Notes under the pieces: generated by a model
Database searches by the model: none
Told to the model about the DNA's origin: nothing
The model's input: the letters and a program-made list of their open reading frames with translations, nothing else
Part shown: in pieces, positions 54,404 to 64,000 of the stretch
Layout of the letters: every line of letters starts with the position of its first letter
Position numbering within the stretch: the first letter of the stretch is position 1
Made by a program: the position numbers and the translations under genes
Origin: Candidatus Bathyarchaeota archaeon
GTDB lineage: Archaea > Thermoproteota > Bathyarchaeia > Bathyarchaeales > Bathycorpusculaceae
Direction of reading: 5' to 3'
DNA length: 64,000 bases
Assembly (NCBI GenBank): GCA_963768425.1
Contig: CAVYHV010000008.1
Coordinates: 64,001-128,000 of the forward strand

Positions 54404-54970
54404 CTAAATCGGCTTGCTGTTCAGCGAATTTGTCCATACTTCGAGCGCTTCGACCAGTTGCTTAATTAGTGTTCTTGTCTTTTCATCCGTGACTTTGCCT
54501 TCCACGTCAACGCAGTCAGCAGCGTTGGAAAGCATTACTTCGGGCTTGTTTACAGGATACATGTTGACGAAGACAAACGTTTGGCGTAGGTGGTATTGTG
54601 CTCTGGCGCCTCCGAATCTTCCAGTTGACGCGCTCATTATGGCAACTGGCTTATTCGCCAATGAGTTATCTCGGTAAGGTCTCGAAGCCCAATCAATTGC
54701 GTTCTTCAAAACGCCGGGGATCGAGTAGTTGTATTCTGGGGTGGCGATTAGGAGTGCGTCGGCGCTTCTGATTTTCTCTTTAAACTCCGCGACATTGGGT
54801 GGCGGGTTGTTTTCGTTGTCCTGGTTAAACGGCGGGATGCCTTCTAAATCGAAAACTTCGATCTTAACGTTTTCAGCTGCAACTTCAATTGCCGCTCGAA
54901 CCAACGCTTTGTTGTAGGAGCCTTTTCTTAAACTGCCTGCGAAAGCCAAGATTTTAAATTGTTTTTGCGC
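54404..54970 (-). CDS. NAD(P)H-dependent FMN reductase (ChrR/SsuE-like)
   Basis: GSLRKGSYN, TPEYNYSIPGVLKNAIDWASR, GGARAQ. Confidence 0.9.
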   Translation of the reverse strand, partial: AQKQFKILAFAGSLRKGSYNKALVRAAIEVAAENVKIEVFDLEGIPPFNQDNENNPPPNVAEFKEKIRSADALLIATPEYNYSIPGVLKNAIDWASRPYRDNSLANKPVAIMSASTGRFGGARAQYHLRQTFVFVNMYPVNKPEVMLSNAADCVDVEGKVTDEKTRTLIKQLVEALEVWTNSLNSKPI

Positions 54971-55176
54971 AGAAAGTCACCGCAAGAGATGTTAAGGAAC
55001 AGCTTCAGACGGGATTTAAAGCTTTTCAGTTGGCGCGTACCTGTGAGGTCCTGATCGTTAGCGGTTCCTTGTCTTTAAAGTTTCAAAAACTTTTTGATAT
55101 CCGAAGTCTCTGAAAAAGGAGGTTGGGAATAAACATAATAACATCTTAACATCTTCCTCAACAAGGAAGTAACATA

Positions 55177-55638
55177 ATGCCAACAAAAGTTTTGCTCCAA
55201 ACAAATATGGGCGATATAACATTAGAACTCAGAAATGATATGCCAATAACCTCCGGTAACTTCAAAAATCTGGTTCAAAAAGGAACATACAACAACACGA
55301 TCTTCCATCGAGTCATCAAAGGATTCATGATTCAAGGCGGCGACCCAACAGGAACCGGATACGGCGACCCATCAATACCTGACATCAAAGATGAATTCAC
55401 TCCCAACAACCGCAACGACAGAGGTACAATAGCAATGGCAAATGCAGGTCCAAACACGGGCAGCAGCCAATTCTTCATCAACCTGGTAAACAACAATTTC
55501 TTAGACCTCAAACATCCAGCATTCGGCAACGTCATATCGGGCATGGATTTGGTTGACAAAATTGCAGCGGTAAAAACAGACTCAAACGATAAGCCTCTAC
55601 AAAACGTGAAGATAATTAGCGCTTCGGTCTTACCCTAA
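55177..55638 (+). CDS. cyclophilin-type peptidyl-prolyl isomerase
   Basis: FHRVIKGFMIQGGDP, AMANAGPNT.SSQFFI. Confidence 0.95.
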   Translation: MPTKVLLQTNMGDITLELRNDMPITSGNFKNLVQKGTYNNTIFHRVIKGFMIQGGDPTGTGYGDPSIPDIKDEFTPNNRNDRGTIAMANAGPNTGSSQFFINLVNNNFLDLKHPAFGNVISGMDLVDKIAAVKTDSNDKPLQNVKIISASVLP

Positions 55639-55727
55639 GCGCTCAACGCTTTTTCCAAAAAAACATGCAGAGATTAAAAAGGATTTTTGGTTAAAAATAA
55701 AAAGTTGGAGAATTATTTTTTCTTCTC

Positions 55728-55919
55728 TTATTTCTCTTTCGGCTTTGAGCCAATCTCTACCAGTTGAATGTTGATCTGGTACCTCTTTTCGCCGACCTGC
55801 ATCTTTCCAGTCGCGTGAAAGCCCTTGCTTCCAGTGCTGAAGTTCTTCTGATTCAAAATAAACTGCATTTTCTCTCCGCACAGTTGTACTGTAGCCATAT
55901 TCGGTGGTTGCTCACTCAT
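55728..55919 (-). CDS. small hypothetical protein
   Basis: K.FSTGSKGFHATGKM...YQINIQ; AGGTGA RBS. Confidence 0.65.
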   Translation of the reverse strand: MSEQPPNMATVQLCGEKMQFILNQKNFSTGSKGFHATGKMQVGEKRYQINIQLVEIGSKPKEK

Positions 55920-56023
55920 GTTCAAAGTCACCTTTGTCTGTCTCTATTCTCACTGTTCCTTTTCACCTTTTCGCTCCCTATTCAACTCGGAACCCGAAGG
56001 GTCTTATTTTCTTTATTTCATCA

Positions 56024-56323
56024 TTACATGCTTTGTTCTGTTGTTTGTCCTGGTTCGAGTGTTACTTCTAAAATGTGACCGGCAATTGATGATTCGTCAA
56101 TTTGGAGGAGGCGAATTGTTAAAAGCGGTACAACTATTCGTCCGTCTTTTAGCATTTTTGTGTAGAAGAACTGCCAGCCGCTTTGAGTTTCTAGGTCGTT
56201 TACTCCGACGTTTAACAGTTGGTTTGTTTCTGCTTTGAATTCCCAGCGAATCAACTGCGGAACTTGTATTCTGTTGCCTTTTTGAAGCTTGGTCTTGAAG
56301 TTGATCTTTTCAGTTAGGGGCAT
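56024..56323 (-). CDS. tandem AbrB/MazE/SpoVT-like DNA-binding protein
   Basis: F.TKLQKGNRIQVP..IR and F.TKM.KDGRIVVP repeats. Confidence 0.75.
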   Translation of the reverse strand: MPLTEKINFKTKLQKGNRIQVPQLIRWEFKAETNQLLNVGVNDLETQSGWQFFYTKMLKDGRIVVPLLTIRLLQIDESSIAGHILEVTLEPGQTTEQSM

Positions 56324-56390
56324 TTTTCTCCGTTTTGATTATCCAAAGACTTATGACTTTTATTTATGTTAATAGAGGGGAAAGGATGCT

Positions 56391-56490
56391 TATTGACTTT
56401 TTGTGACGTTTAATGACGGCATATGACGTTTGGAGACGTTATATGACTTTCTGCGACATTATATGACGGATAGCGACGTTTTATGACGCA
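56391..56490. repeat. ten tandem 10-bp units (consensus atatGACgtt)
   Basis: GAC at positions 5-7 of ten consecutive 10-mers. Confidence 0.85.
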
Positions 56491-56638
56491 ACCTACAAAT
56501 GATTTAAGCTTCTCCACAAAAAAGCAACCCAAACCACAAAGAACATTTTTTTTAACTCCATTCTCCCATTCCAGACGTTACTCAGAAGCTTACTTTTCGA
56601 GTTATCGACTCATTGATTCGTCCTTTTAATTTTAGGAT

Positions 56639-56703
56639 TGTCTAATAATGTTTGATAGTGTCTAACAATGTCTAAAAGTGTCTAAAAAAGTCTCAACCTA
56701 CAA
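56639..56703. repeat. six tandem 10-bp units (consensus tGTCTaanar)
   Basis: GTCT (once GTTT) every 10 bp from 56640; ends in caacctacaa like the first array. Confidence 0.75.
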
Positions 56704-56845
56704 CTGGTGCAAGACCTAAATCAAGAAAGCAAGCCAAAACACAAACAAAAAAATTTGACTTTTCCAAATTGCCAAACGAACACACATTCCGTTTCAGAGC
56801 AAATTTGAAAAAAAGCTAACTTGTAGTGGATTTGAAACGGGTTTT

Positions 56846-56925
56846 TGGTGCGGTCGCCGGGATTTGAACCCGGGATCATTAGCTTGGAAGGCTAATGTCC
56901 TAAACCAGACTTAGACGACGACCGC
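56846..56925 (-). tRNA. tRNA-Gly(TCC)
   Basis: GCGGTCG acceptor stem, TTAGC-CTTCCAA-GCTAA anticodon arm, GGGTTCAAATCCC, encoded CCA. Confidence 0.93.
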
Positions 56926-57122
56926 CCCCAATATTGCTTGTATTCCCATTATCTATGCTTGATTTAAGGATATTGCCATCATCTTTTGTTTGGTTTTGAA
57001 CACTCAGAAGATTATCCTGACCTATTCAAACTTGAGACTAAATTGAGGGACAAAATCTTTAAGCAATATCCATTAAACACACTAAGATAATTCAAATTAT
57101 TTGTTTGCTAGGCGCTCAAGCA

Positions 57123-57341
57123 ATGAGTTCAGAAAAAATATATGCACATTGGAGAAGAAAACAAGTGCAAAAAGTTAGGAGAAGAGCTAAGAACCGCTCT
57201 TTTAGATTCAGACTATTAAGAGGTAACGGCCTCGCCCAAATTCTCATTCGAGCCAACAAGGGAAATCATGCCACAGAAAGGTTAAGAAAGAAAGCCCATA
57301 GAAGGAAGCATAAACCTTTTTTCCCCTCGCCAGCTGTGTAG
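57123..57341 (+). CDS. small basic hypothetical protein
   Basis: Arg/Lys-rich ORF at the head of a small operon. Confidence 0.45.
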   Translation: MSSEKIYAHWRRKQVQKVRRRAKNRSFRFRLLRGNGLAQILIRANKGNHATERLRKKAHRRKHKPFFPSPAV

Positions 57342-57357
57342 CAAAGAAACTTTACTA

Positions 57358-57543
57358 GTGGCAAAGACCGATTTTGGTAATCTAAGCTGTAGAACATTGT
57401 CGAGTCAAAAATGGAGATTTTGGTTAACAGGAAAACGGGGTCTTTTTTGGGCTCTCTGTAGAGACAACGAAAAATGTTGCGTTGTTCCCGTTGGAACCAT
57501 CGGTCGTAGATGGAATAGTATATCTTTGTGGTTCGATGGTTAG
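57358..57543 (+). CDS. small Cys-containing hypothetical protein
   Basis: 61-aa ORF co-oriented with its neighbours. Confidence 0.4.
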   Translation: MAKTDFGNLSCRTLSSQKWRFWLTGKRGLFWALCRDNEKCCVVPVGTIGRRWNSISLWFDG

Positions 57544-57552
57544 TATAGTGGA

Positions 57553-57846
57553 TTGGTCGCGACCATGGGTATGGGAAAGGGTACAAGTAAAGTTCCAAGT
57601 AGCCGAATTAAAGTCCTGACTAAAGACGCGAAGCAAATGGTTAATGGACCTTATTATTGCCCAAAATGCCGCAAAGAACTGTTGCAGATTTTGGCAGACC
57701 TTAAGAATAAGAAAGTTTATGCTTGCTGCAAATGCGGACTTGAGTGGCCGCTTGTTTACGCGCCTGTTTTTCAGCCGGTAGATTACTACAACAAGTTCAG
57801 GGATGCTTGGAAAAAGCAAAGCTACGGAATAATCAAACAAAAATAG
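57553..57846 (+). CDS. Elf1-like zinc-ribbon protein
   Basis: CPKC...CCKCG...PVDYYNKF.D resembles Elf1 C..C...C..C...P.DVY..W.D. Confidence 0.55.
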   Translation: MVATMGMGKGTSKVPSSRIKVLTKDAKQMVNGPYYCPKCRKELLQILADLKNKKVYACCKCGLEWPLVYAPVFQPVDYYNKFRDAWKKQSYGIIKQK

Positions 57847-57952
57847 CTTTGCTGTGCCTTAAGCAACTCGAAAGGCCTAGTGCAAAGTGGATTTGTGGAA
57901 GAACAGACTAGCTAATAAGCGAGATTCAACGTAAAATTATTGGGATAAGCCA

Positions 57953-58405
57953 TTGAGCGAAGAAAAACTCGAATTTACTCGCAGACTATCCATTCTGGGA
58001 AACCTTGCGCTTGTTGCATGGGTTTTCATCGCGTTTTTTGGCGTTCTTTTCTTCACAATAATCTACAGTTGGCTCTACCTGATTCTGGACGCAGTCGTAA
58101 TCTACGTCATTTTGCGCAGGCTCGGCTGCAGTAGCTGCTACAGATGCAAAGCTTGCACTAGCGGCTTCGGAAGGCTGGCGGGAGCTTTCTTCGGAAGAGG
58201 CTTTGTAAAGAAGGAAAGCGTTGGGAACCGAATTGGGTTTGTGGGATTTGTTTATTTCTTGTTGCTTCCGCTTCCCGTGGCTCTTTTGGTTTTGTCTATG
58301 CTTCAAGCCTTCACAGTTCCGAAGGTTTTGATCCTTTTTTGCCTTTTAGCGTTAGGTACTTACAGTTTTTCAACTTGGTACACGCGTTCAACAGTTCGTA
58401 GTTGA
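57953..58405 (+). CDS. 4-TM membrane protein with CxxCxxCxxC motif
   Basis: Hydrophobic helices around CSSCYRCKAC. Confidence 0.65.
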   Translation: MSEEKLEFTRRLSILGNLALVAWVFIAFFGVLFFTIIYSWLYLILDAVVIYVILRRLGCSSCYRCKACTSGFGRLAGAFFGRGFVKKESVGNRIGFVGFVYFLLLPLPVALLVLSMLQAFTVPKVLILFCLLALGTYSFSTWYTRSTVRS

Positions 58406-58468
58406 AAGCCATTTGGGAATAGTTTTAAAAATGCTTGACTTGTTCATGTAACGGATGTTGATGAGCGA

Positions 58469-59611
58469 ATGAGTAGATCCCTGCTTCGTCGTAAGCCACT
58501 GAGCCTTTTAATTGTTTTTGCTTTCGCCTTTTTTCTCATTTTCCCAGTTATTCAGCCTTTTGCAGCGGTTAAGGCTCAAACGCAAACCGAATATTACAGT
58601 CGCGATTTTAGTTGGAACTACGGCGGGGAAACTTGGACTTGGAACCTTACGATCCCTATGTCTTTGTGTCAAGCGTACGTTTCGGTTCCTGATTCGGTGA
58701 GATCACATATTCAACTTTCGGGCTTCGGATACTTCACAACCACTGAAGATCCTTACCTGCAAAGCTTGGTGACGAGGCTAAACGAGACTGCTGTCCAGGA
58801 GGGATATAGCGCTGTTCAGGAAGTGAACTTTGCTTTAGCGTTTGTGCAAAGCATACCTTACGCTACTGACTTAAACAGCACAGGCTATCAAGATTACCCA
58901 AGATTCCCAGTTGAAACCTTGTTCGACAACATCGGCGACTGCAAAAGCCACTCAATTCTTTTTGCAACGTTAGTGCTCATGCTGGGTTTTGATGCGGTTT
59001 ACATTAATCCTCCGGACCATCTCGCGGTAGGAGTGCTGGGAAACAACCTTGGCGGCACCTACTGGACATACAACAACCAAAACTACTATTACTGCGAGAC
59101 AACCGGCGAAGGATTCACAGTCGGCCAATTACCATCACAATTTGACGGCGTAGGCGCCTACGTCTACCCGATAGACACAAGCCAACAATACATTGTAAAT
59201 TACCAGTCCCTCTCACTTAACGCGCCGAACCCATCCTACTCGCCTTACAACCCGAACACGCCACAAGCAACACCGGACGTTGCACCAAACCAAACCATGC
59301 AGCCCTTGCCCACCGTTGCCGGACCAACAATTCAACCTGTTGAACCCATTTCCCTGAATCTAATTTCAGACAACCCTATATTATTCGTTTTGATCATAGC
59401 GGCAATCGGCATCTCCATAGCTGTGGTTGTTAAGCCGTTAAAAATCGGGGGAAAAACGCCTCCTCAGCAAATGGTTCCCGTAGAGCCGACTAGCCCGAAG
59501 GCGGGGGAGGATGTTTCGGCTAAAAGTAAGTTTTGCATTTACTGCGGTTCAACCAACAAGCCATTTGCTGTTTACTGCGAGACATGCGGAAAAAAAATCG
59601 CCGAAGCATAA
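58469..59611 (+). CDS. secreted transglutaminase-like Cys protein with TM anchor and zinc ribbon
   Basis: Signal peptide, FVQSIPY, P.ETL...GDC, H.AVG, Y.ETT; C-terminal CIYCG/CETCG. Confidence 0.75.
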   Translation: MSRSLLRRKPLSLLIVFAFAFFLIFPVIQPFAAVKAQTQTEYYSRDFSWNYGGETWTWNLTIPMSLCQAYVSVPDSVRSHIQLSGFGYFTTTEDPYLQSLVTRLNETAVQEGYSAVQEVNFALAFVQSIPYATDLNSTGYQDYPRFPVETLFDNIGDCKSHSILFATLVLMLGFDAVYINPPDHLAVGVLGNNLGGTYWTYNNQNYYYCETTGEGFTVGQLPSQFDGVGAYVYPIDTSQQYIVNYQSLSLNAPNPSYSPYNPNTPQATPDVAPNQTMQPLPTVAGPTIQPVEPISLNLISDNPILFVLIIAAIGISIAVVVKPLKIGGKTPPQQMVPVEPTSPKAGEDVSAKSKFCIYCGSTNKPFAVYCETCGKKIAEA

Positions 59612-59618
59612 ACACATT

Positions 59619-60191
59619 TCACTGAGTATGAGAATCGGAAGTTGTTTCATTTTTCGATGCTGCGTCTAAGGTTTCCTTTGCGAATTTGTCGATTCTCCTG
59701 TAGGCGTAGGCGGCTACTGCAATTTCTAAAAGTATGACGACCGAAAGGAAAATGGCGAGTGATTTGGTCAGGTTGATAAAAGTTTGAGCTGCTGAAACAT
59801 CGACGTTGCCGTTAACCGAGGCTAACCAGCTCCAAAAAGAAGCCTTACCTGACTTCAAAAAAACGGTTAAATCAAGAGATATCCACAGACATAAGCCAGC
59901 GAGAACAGCGGATAGGGCACAGCCGATTATGGTTATGTTTTTCCAATCTGAGCTAATGTGAGATGAAGCAGTAACTTGGGTATGCGAGTTGACAGTGACA
60001 AAAGTGACGTCCACGGTTTTTTTGGCTGTTTCGGGTAACATTCCCCAAAGCGACCCTTGCTTAACTAGGAGGTGTTTGGGTTCGTCTTCAGAAACTATTT
60101 TGCCGCCTTTCGTAACAAAGGAGGCTTTGATGTCTGCATATGCTTTTTCGATTTCTGTGTTGAAAGTACGTCTGAGCAAACAATGCACCAT
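59619..60191 (-). CDS. membrane hypothetical protein
   Basis: 190 aa, two TM segments. Confidence 0.6.
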   Translation of the reverse strand: MVHCLLRRTFNTEIEKAYADIKASFVTKGGKIVSEDEPKHLLVKQGSLWGMLPETAKKTVDVTFVTVNSHTQVTASSHISSDWKNITIIGCALSAVLAGLCLWISLDLTVFLKSGKASFWSWLASVNGNVDVSAAQTFINLTKSLAIFLSVVILLEIAVAAYAYRRIDKFAKETLDAASKNETTSDSHTQ

Positions 60192-60235
60192 TCAGATTGG
60201 GAATTAAGTTGCTTCTATAAACCTAAAAAGTTTGT

Positions 60236-60853
60236 CTAATGTCGAGGTCTGCCTTTAAGCCCTCTAATTTGACGCGGCTCTGTTCGCTGTCTCTCCATAT
60301 TTTTGATTCTGGCGTATAGCTTTGACACTTTGGTTTTAGAAGGCACCTTAGACCTCGGAACATGAACTGGCACAGGTGTGAACTGTTTGTTTATCTCAAG
60401 TTTTTTCTGTCGGGTTTTCTTGAATGGAATATTAGCAACTTTTTTGAATACGGCGTAGCCTTCCTTGAAGTTTACTTCCTGCACTTCCCACCCAGCGTTC
60501 AACCAAGCCTTGGTGTGGGCGTTAGATGACGTGTTGCTCCACCACACAGCATCCCGGTAAGCGCTCATCGGTAGGTTGCTGCCGATTAACCCATCGATTC
60601 TTGCAAAAGGCAACTTCACTTGATTCGTGAAGGCGGCTCTGAACTTTAGGTGGCGTTCAAGCCCCTCGTACTTGGAGACGGTACGCGGCGAAACGATTCT
60701 TCTGGCACAGTGGAGGCACAGCATTGCGGTTGGGTCGCCCGTAGCGACATCGGGCACCATGCAGTCGCGGCAATACAGTTTCTGGCAGCGTTGACACTTA
60801 CGCATGTAAGTTACTCTTAGAACTCTGCCGCAGATTCCGCATTCATCCTTCAA
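60236..60853 (-). CDS. Zn-finger + conserved basic domain protein
   Basis: Four CxxC; SKY..L...L....L.F..I...G..LP.SAY...WWSN....H..AWL.AGW.V. Confidence 0.7.
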   Translation of the reverse strand: MKDECGICGRVLRVTYMRKCQRCQKLYCRDCMVPDVATGDPTAMLCLHCARRIVSPRTVSKYEGLERHLKFRAAFTNQVKLPFARIDGLIGSNLPMSAYRDAVWWSNTSSNAHTKAWLNAGWEVQEVNFKEGYAVFKKVANIPFKKTRQKKLEINKQFTPVPVHVPRSKVPSKTKVSKLYARIKNMERQRTEPRQIRGLKGRPRH

Positions 60854-61062
60854 GACGAATCAACCTTTCATTAGCGAAAGAAAAATCGCTTAAAGAATAC
60901 TCGATTCTTACGCATATTAATTTTCAGTTGCAACTGCATTGTTTTCGCCTGACAAAGCTTTCCCTTTGCCTTTTTTGAAGCCAGCTGACGAAAGGTACGT
61001 ATGATGTCTATAACTTCATCCCAACGAAACAAATGAAAAAGAAAAATTCGGCAGGCTAAAGC

Positions 61063-62540
61063 TTACCCTTTAACCACTGCGATAGGTACAAGCCGCGCCA
61101 CTTTCGTTGCAATCCCAACTTTGTCGCTGACGTCGGCTACTATGTCCACGTTTTTATAGGCTGGGTCAGCTTCTTCAGCTAAAACTGAGGCGCTTGCCGC
61201 GCGAACCACTATTCCGCGCTTTTCCAAACCGGATTTTATGTCTCCGCCCCAATACTGCCTCTTCGCCGCTGACCGACTCATCATCCTACCCGCTCCATGC
61301 GCGGTTGATCCAAACGTCAAATCCATGGCTTTCTGAGAACCCACCAGCACCCATGAGCTTGTGCCCATGCTGCCTGGAATTAGGACAGGTTGCCCTTCGC
61401 TACGGTAGTCCGCGGGAATATCCGGGTGCCCTGCTGGGAAAGCGCGTGTGGCCCTTTTCGATGAACCCAAACCTTCTTTTCAGCTCCGTCGATGTTGTGG
61501 GTCTCTACTTTTGCAATATTGTGTGCAACGTCGTAAACAAGTTTCAACCCGTACCTCTCTGGGTTTTCATGGAAGACTTGTTGGAAGCTTTGGCGAACCC
61601 AATGCATGATCGCGTGGCGGTTGCAGAAGGCGTAGTTAACAGCACAGGCCATCGCTTGAACGTAGTCTTGGGCTTCATTGCTGCTCCCGGGGGCACAGGC
61701 TAATTCGCGGTCCGGCAAAGAGATTTTATATTTTGCTACTGCATGCTCCATCACTCTGAGGTAGTCAGAGCAGACTTGGTGTCCGTAGCCTCTTGACCCA
61801 CAGTGAATCATGATGGTTACTTGTCCTTCTTCGGTTATTCCGAATGCCTTTGCGGTTTTCGCGTTGAGAATTTTGTCTACCTTTTGGATTTCTAAAAAGT
61901 GGTTGCCTGAACCCAAAGTGCCGATCTGCGTTAAACCTCGACTTTTCGCTGTTTGGGAGACTTTGTCGGGGTTTGCATTAGGCATTCGTCCGCTCTCTTC
62001 ACAGTGGTCTGCGTCTTCAGGCCAACCGAAACCCCGTTTGATAAGCCAATGAACCCCTTCAACCGCTAAATGATCCAATTCGCTGCTGGATATTGAAAGG
62101 TCTTTACGGCGGCTTCCAAGCCCCGAAGGCACATTGCGGAAAATAGCTTCAGCCAAAGGCGCCAGTTTAGGTCGAATCTCCTCTTCTGTGAGCGTAGTCG
62201 CCAAGAGACGGACGCCACAGTTTATGTCGTAGCCGACGCCGCCTGGGCTGATGACTCCGTTTTCGTAGTCGGTTGCTGCGACTCCTCCTATTGGGAACCC
62301 GTAGCCTTCATGTCCATCAGGCAGCGTTATCGCGTACTTGTAGATTCCAGGAAGCTGAGTTACGTTTGAGCATTGCCAAAGGGTTCTGTCAGTCTTCATT
62401 TTCTCCAAAAGTGTTTCGTTAGCAAAAACCATTCCGGGAACACGCATCCCCGCCTTGTATTTTGGAATTCGCCAAGAATAATCACTTATTTTCTCTAGCG
62501 GAACCTGTTCTGGCGCATACCTGCTTTCGCTTTCACCCAA
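61063..62540 (-). CDS. rtcB: RNA-splicing ligase RtcB, frameshift near 61400-61460
   Basis: PDGHEGYGFPIGGV, GYDINCG, GSGNHF.E, HCGSRG, HN, HRKG, PGSMG, HGAGR, VKG. Confidence 0.95.
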
Positions 62541-62687
62541 AACTATTCACCAGACTCAAAAGGGGCAATGCTGAAATAAAACAGTTGTGACCAAAAACCA
62601 TCCATCAGCGGATAAGAGTTGATCTAGGCAAGAACTTAAAACAATAAGAATTCATTATTAGCTTTGAGCTCAACGAGGATCAAAACG

Positions 62688-63023
62688 ATGGTTGAAATAA
62701 CTAACGAGTACATGAAGAAGATGCTAACTAAATCGAAAACTTACTGTATCGTAATTTTGAAAGAAGGACCAAACAGCAGCGTTGCGGGCGCCAAAGGGAT
62801 CGTTTGGGAACATGGGCGAAGGAATTTTGTTCTCCGAAGGGACGGGGTCATGCCGATTGTTTGCCGGGTTTCTGATGACAGCAACGTTTCAGGCGTCGCG
62901 ATTTTTGATGCGTCAATTGACGAGACGAAAAAAATTATGGATGAGGACCCGAGTGTTAAAGCAGGAATTTTTGTCTATGAAATTCATCCTTGCATGAGTT
63001 TCCCAGGCGACTGCTTAACCTGA
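62688..63023 (+). CDS. YciI-like dimeric alpha-beta barrel protein
   Basis: EH.......G......G..IF.......MDEDP.VKAG. Confidence 0.65.
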   Translation: MVEITNEYMKKMLTKSKTYCIVILKEGPNSSVAGAKGIVWEHGRRNFVLRRDGVMPIVCRVSDDSNVSGVAIFDASIDETKKIMDEDPSVKAGIFVYEIHPCMSFPGDCLT

Positions 63024-63035
63024 TTTAAGGCTCGG

Positions 63036-63953
63036 CTATTCTTGAAGTGCTTTTGCATAATCGACAAATCCCCTGACAGTGTTCCCGAGTGCCGTCACTG
63101 AGTAAACTGGGTGTGCACTTAGGTAGCTGACGAGTCGATTCATAATTTTATCTTCCCGCACGATCCTTTCACATATCTGCTCAAAGCTTTGCTTTTCTTT
63201 CACGCCTTCTTCCGAGATTTTTCCCCAGAGCTGAAGCTGCGTTCTATAATCGTGCAGCCTTTGAACGGCAGCAGTGGCTTTGCCAAAGTGACTGTAGTAG
63301 AGGACGACTGGTTTTATGCCGATTAGTTTGTCTAAAGAAGCCAATGCCACATCTAAGCGGAAAGGCGGAGGCGTCGTTGGAATTACAGCATCAAACTCGG
63401 GAAAGTAAGTGCCTGCGGCATCCCCAGGAAACACCCCACCGTTTAAACTTTCCAAAAAGCTAAGGCTGTGTGAAGCATGACCCAGCGTCTCAAAAACCTC
63501 CAGTTTGCCATTGCCATCCAAATCAAATGAGCCTTCTGAAACGGGTATCAGGCGTTCTTTGGGAACTGGTTCCGGCTTGCCGAAGATTTCGCTTACATAC
63601 CCCAAAACCTGCTGAGCCGATTCCCAGAGCCTTGTTGGGTCAGCCAGATGCGGCATGCCTCTTGGATGCACAAGTACTTTTGCGTTTGGAAGAACTTTTA
63701 GCAGTGTGCCTGCGCCACCGCCGTGGTCCAAGTGAACATGGGTGACCCCGACATATTCAACGTCATCAAAGTTCACTTTTAGTTCTTTTAGTCCCTCGAT
63801 AAGCTTGGGCACTGAAGAGGTGGGTCCTGACTCGATAAGGGTGACTTTTGTGCCTTTGAAAACGTAGCTGCATATGAGGTTTTTGAATCCACCAGTCTCT
63901 AAGTCAATTTGGTACAGGTTTTTCCCAATCATTCTAGTGTCCATTATCCTCAC
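63036..63953 (-). CDS. metallo-beta-lactamase-fold hydrolase
   Basis: THVHLDHGGG, GHASH, GDAAG, HFG. Confidence 0.9.
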   Translation of the reverse strand: MRIMDTRMIGKNLYQIDLETGGFKNLICSYVFKGTKVTLIESGPTSSVPKLIEGLKELKVNFDDVEYVGVTHVHLDHGGGAGTLLKVLPNAKVLVHPRGMPHLADPTRLWESAQQVLGYVSEIFGKPEPVPKERLIPVSEGSFDLDGNGKLEVFETLGHASHSLSFLESLNGGVFPGDAAGTYFPEFDAVIPTTPPPFRLDVALASLDKLIGIKPVVLYYSHFGKATAAVQRLHDYRTQLQLWGKISEEGVKEKQSFEQICERIVREDKIMNRLVSYLSAHPVYSVTALGNTVRGFVDYAKALQE

Positions 63954-64000
63954 CTTGCACCGTTTGTTAGTCGCCGTGTTAGCATAAACTTTTCTGTGAA

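Noticed and set aside
56828-56841. GGATTTGAAACGGG as an att duplicate of the tRNA-Gly T-arm
   Set aside because: Short, imperfect and directly adjacent to the tRNA; no integrase or distal att copy seen
60935-61035. Hammerhead-like CTGACGA...CGAAAC downstream of rtcB
   Set aside because: Stems I and II cannot be formed

Overview
64 kb of an archaeal chromosome, most likely Bathyarchaeia. This is inferred from GGTGA/GGAGGTGA Shine-Dalgarno motifs, frequent TTG/GTG starts, and Alba-, Elf1-, Zn-ferredoxin- and DUF5752-type genes. Many conserved genes carry single-base frameshifts, which suggests an unpolished long-read assembly. Layout: (1) 0-15.6 kb is a redox/stress region (PDO, OsmC, FprA, rubrerythrin, SOD, glutaredoxin+FTR, Nth, peroxiredoxin, HtrA, three KGG/GsiB-like proteins). 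(2) About 20-30 kb is an accessory island downstream of tRNA-Arg(CCG), punctuated by three direct repeats made of a tRNA 3' end fused to a 28-bp palindrome; two of them bracket ppdK. (3) 30-44 kb is an alpha-glucan/glycolysis locus (GT4s, GH57, class I GAPDH, PGK). (4) 44.05-50.19 kb is a ~6.1-kb integrated element with an HUH Rep-like gene and a tyrosine integrase that is split by integration. Its att site is the last codons of a host glycosyltransferase gene, is read in two frames, and can fold into an ssDNA hairpin; the cargo lies between two integrase 3' tails. This is the strongest candidate for an undescribed system. (5) 50-64 kb holds housekeeping genes (TldD/PmbA, EndoQ-like, cyclophilin, RtcB), tRNA-Gly(TCC), and two exactly 10-bp-phased repeat arrays upstream of an AbrB-like gene. 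Family calls are from motif recognition only; no searches were run.
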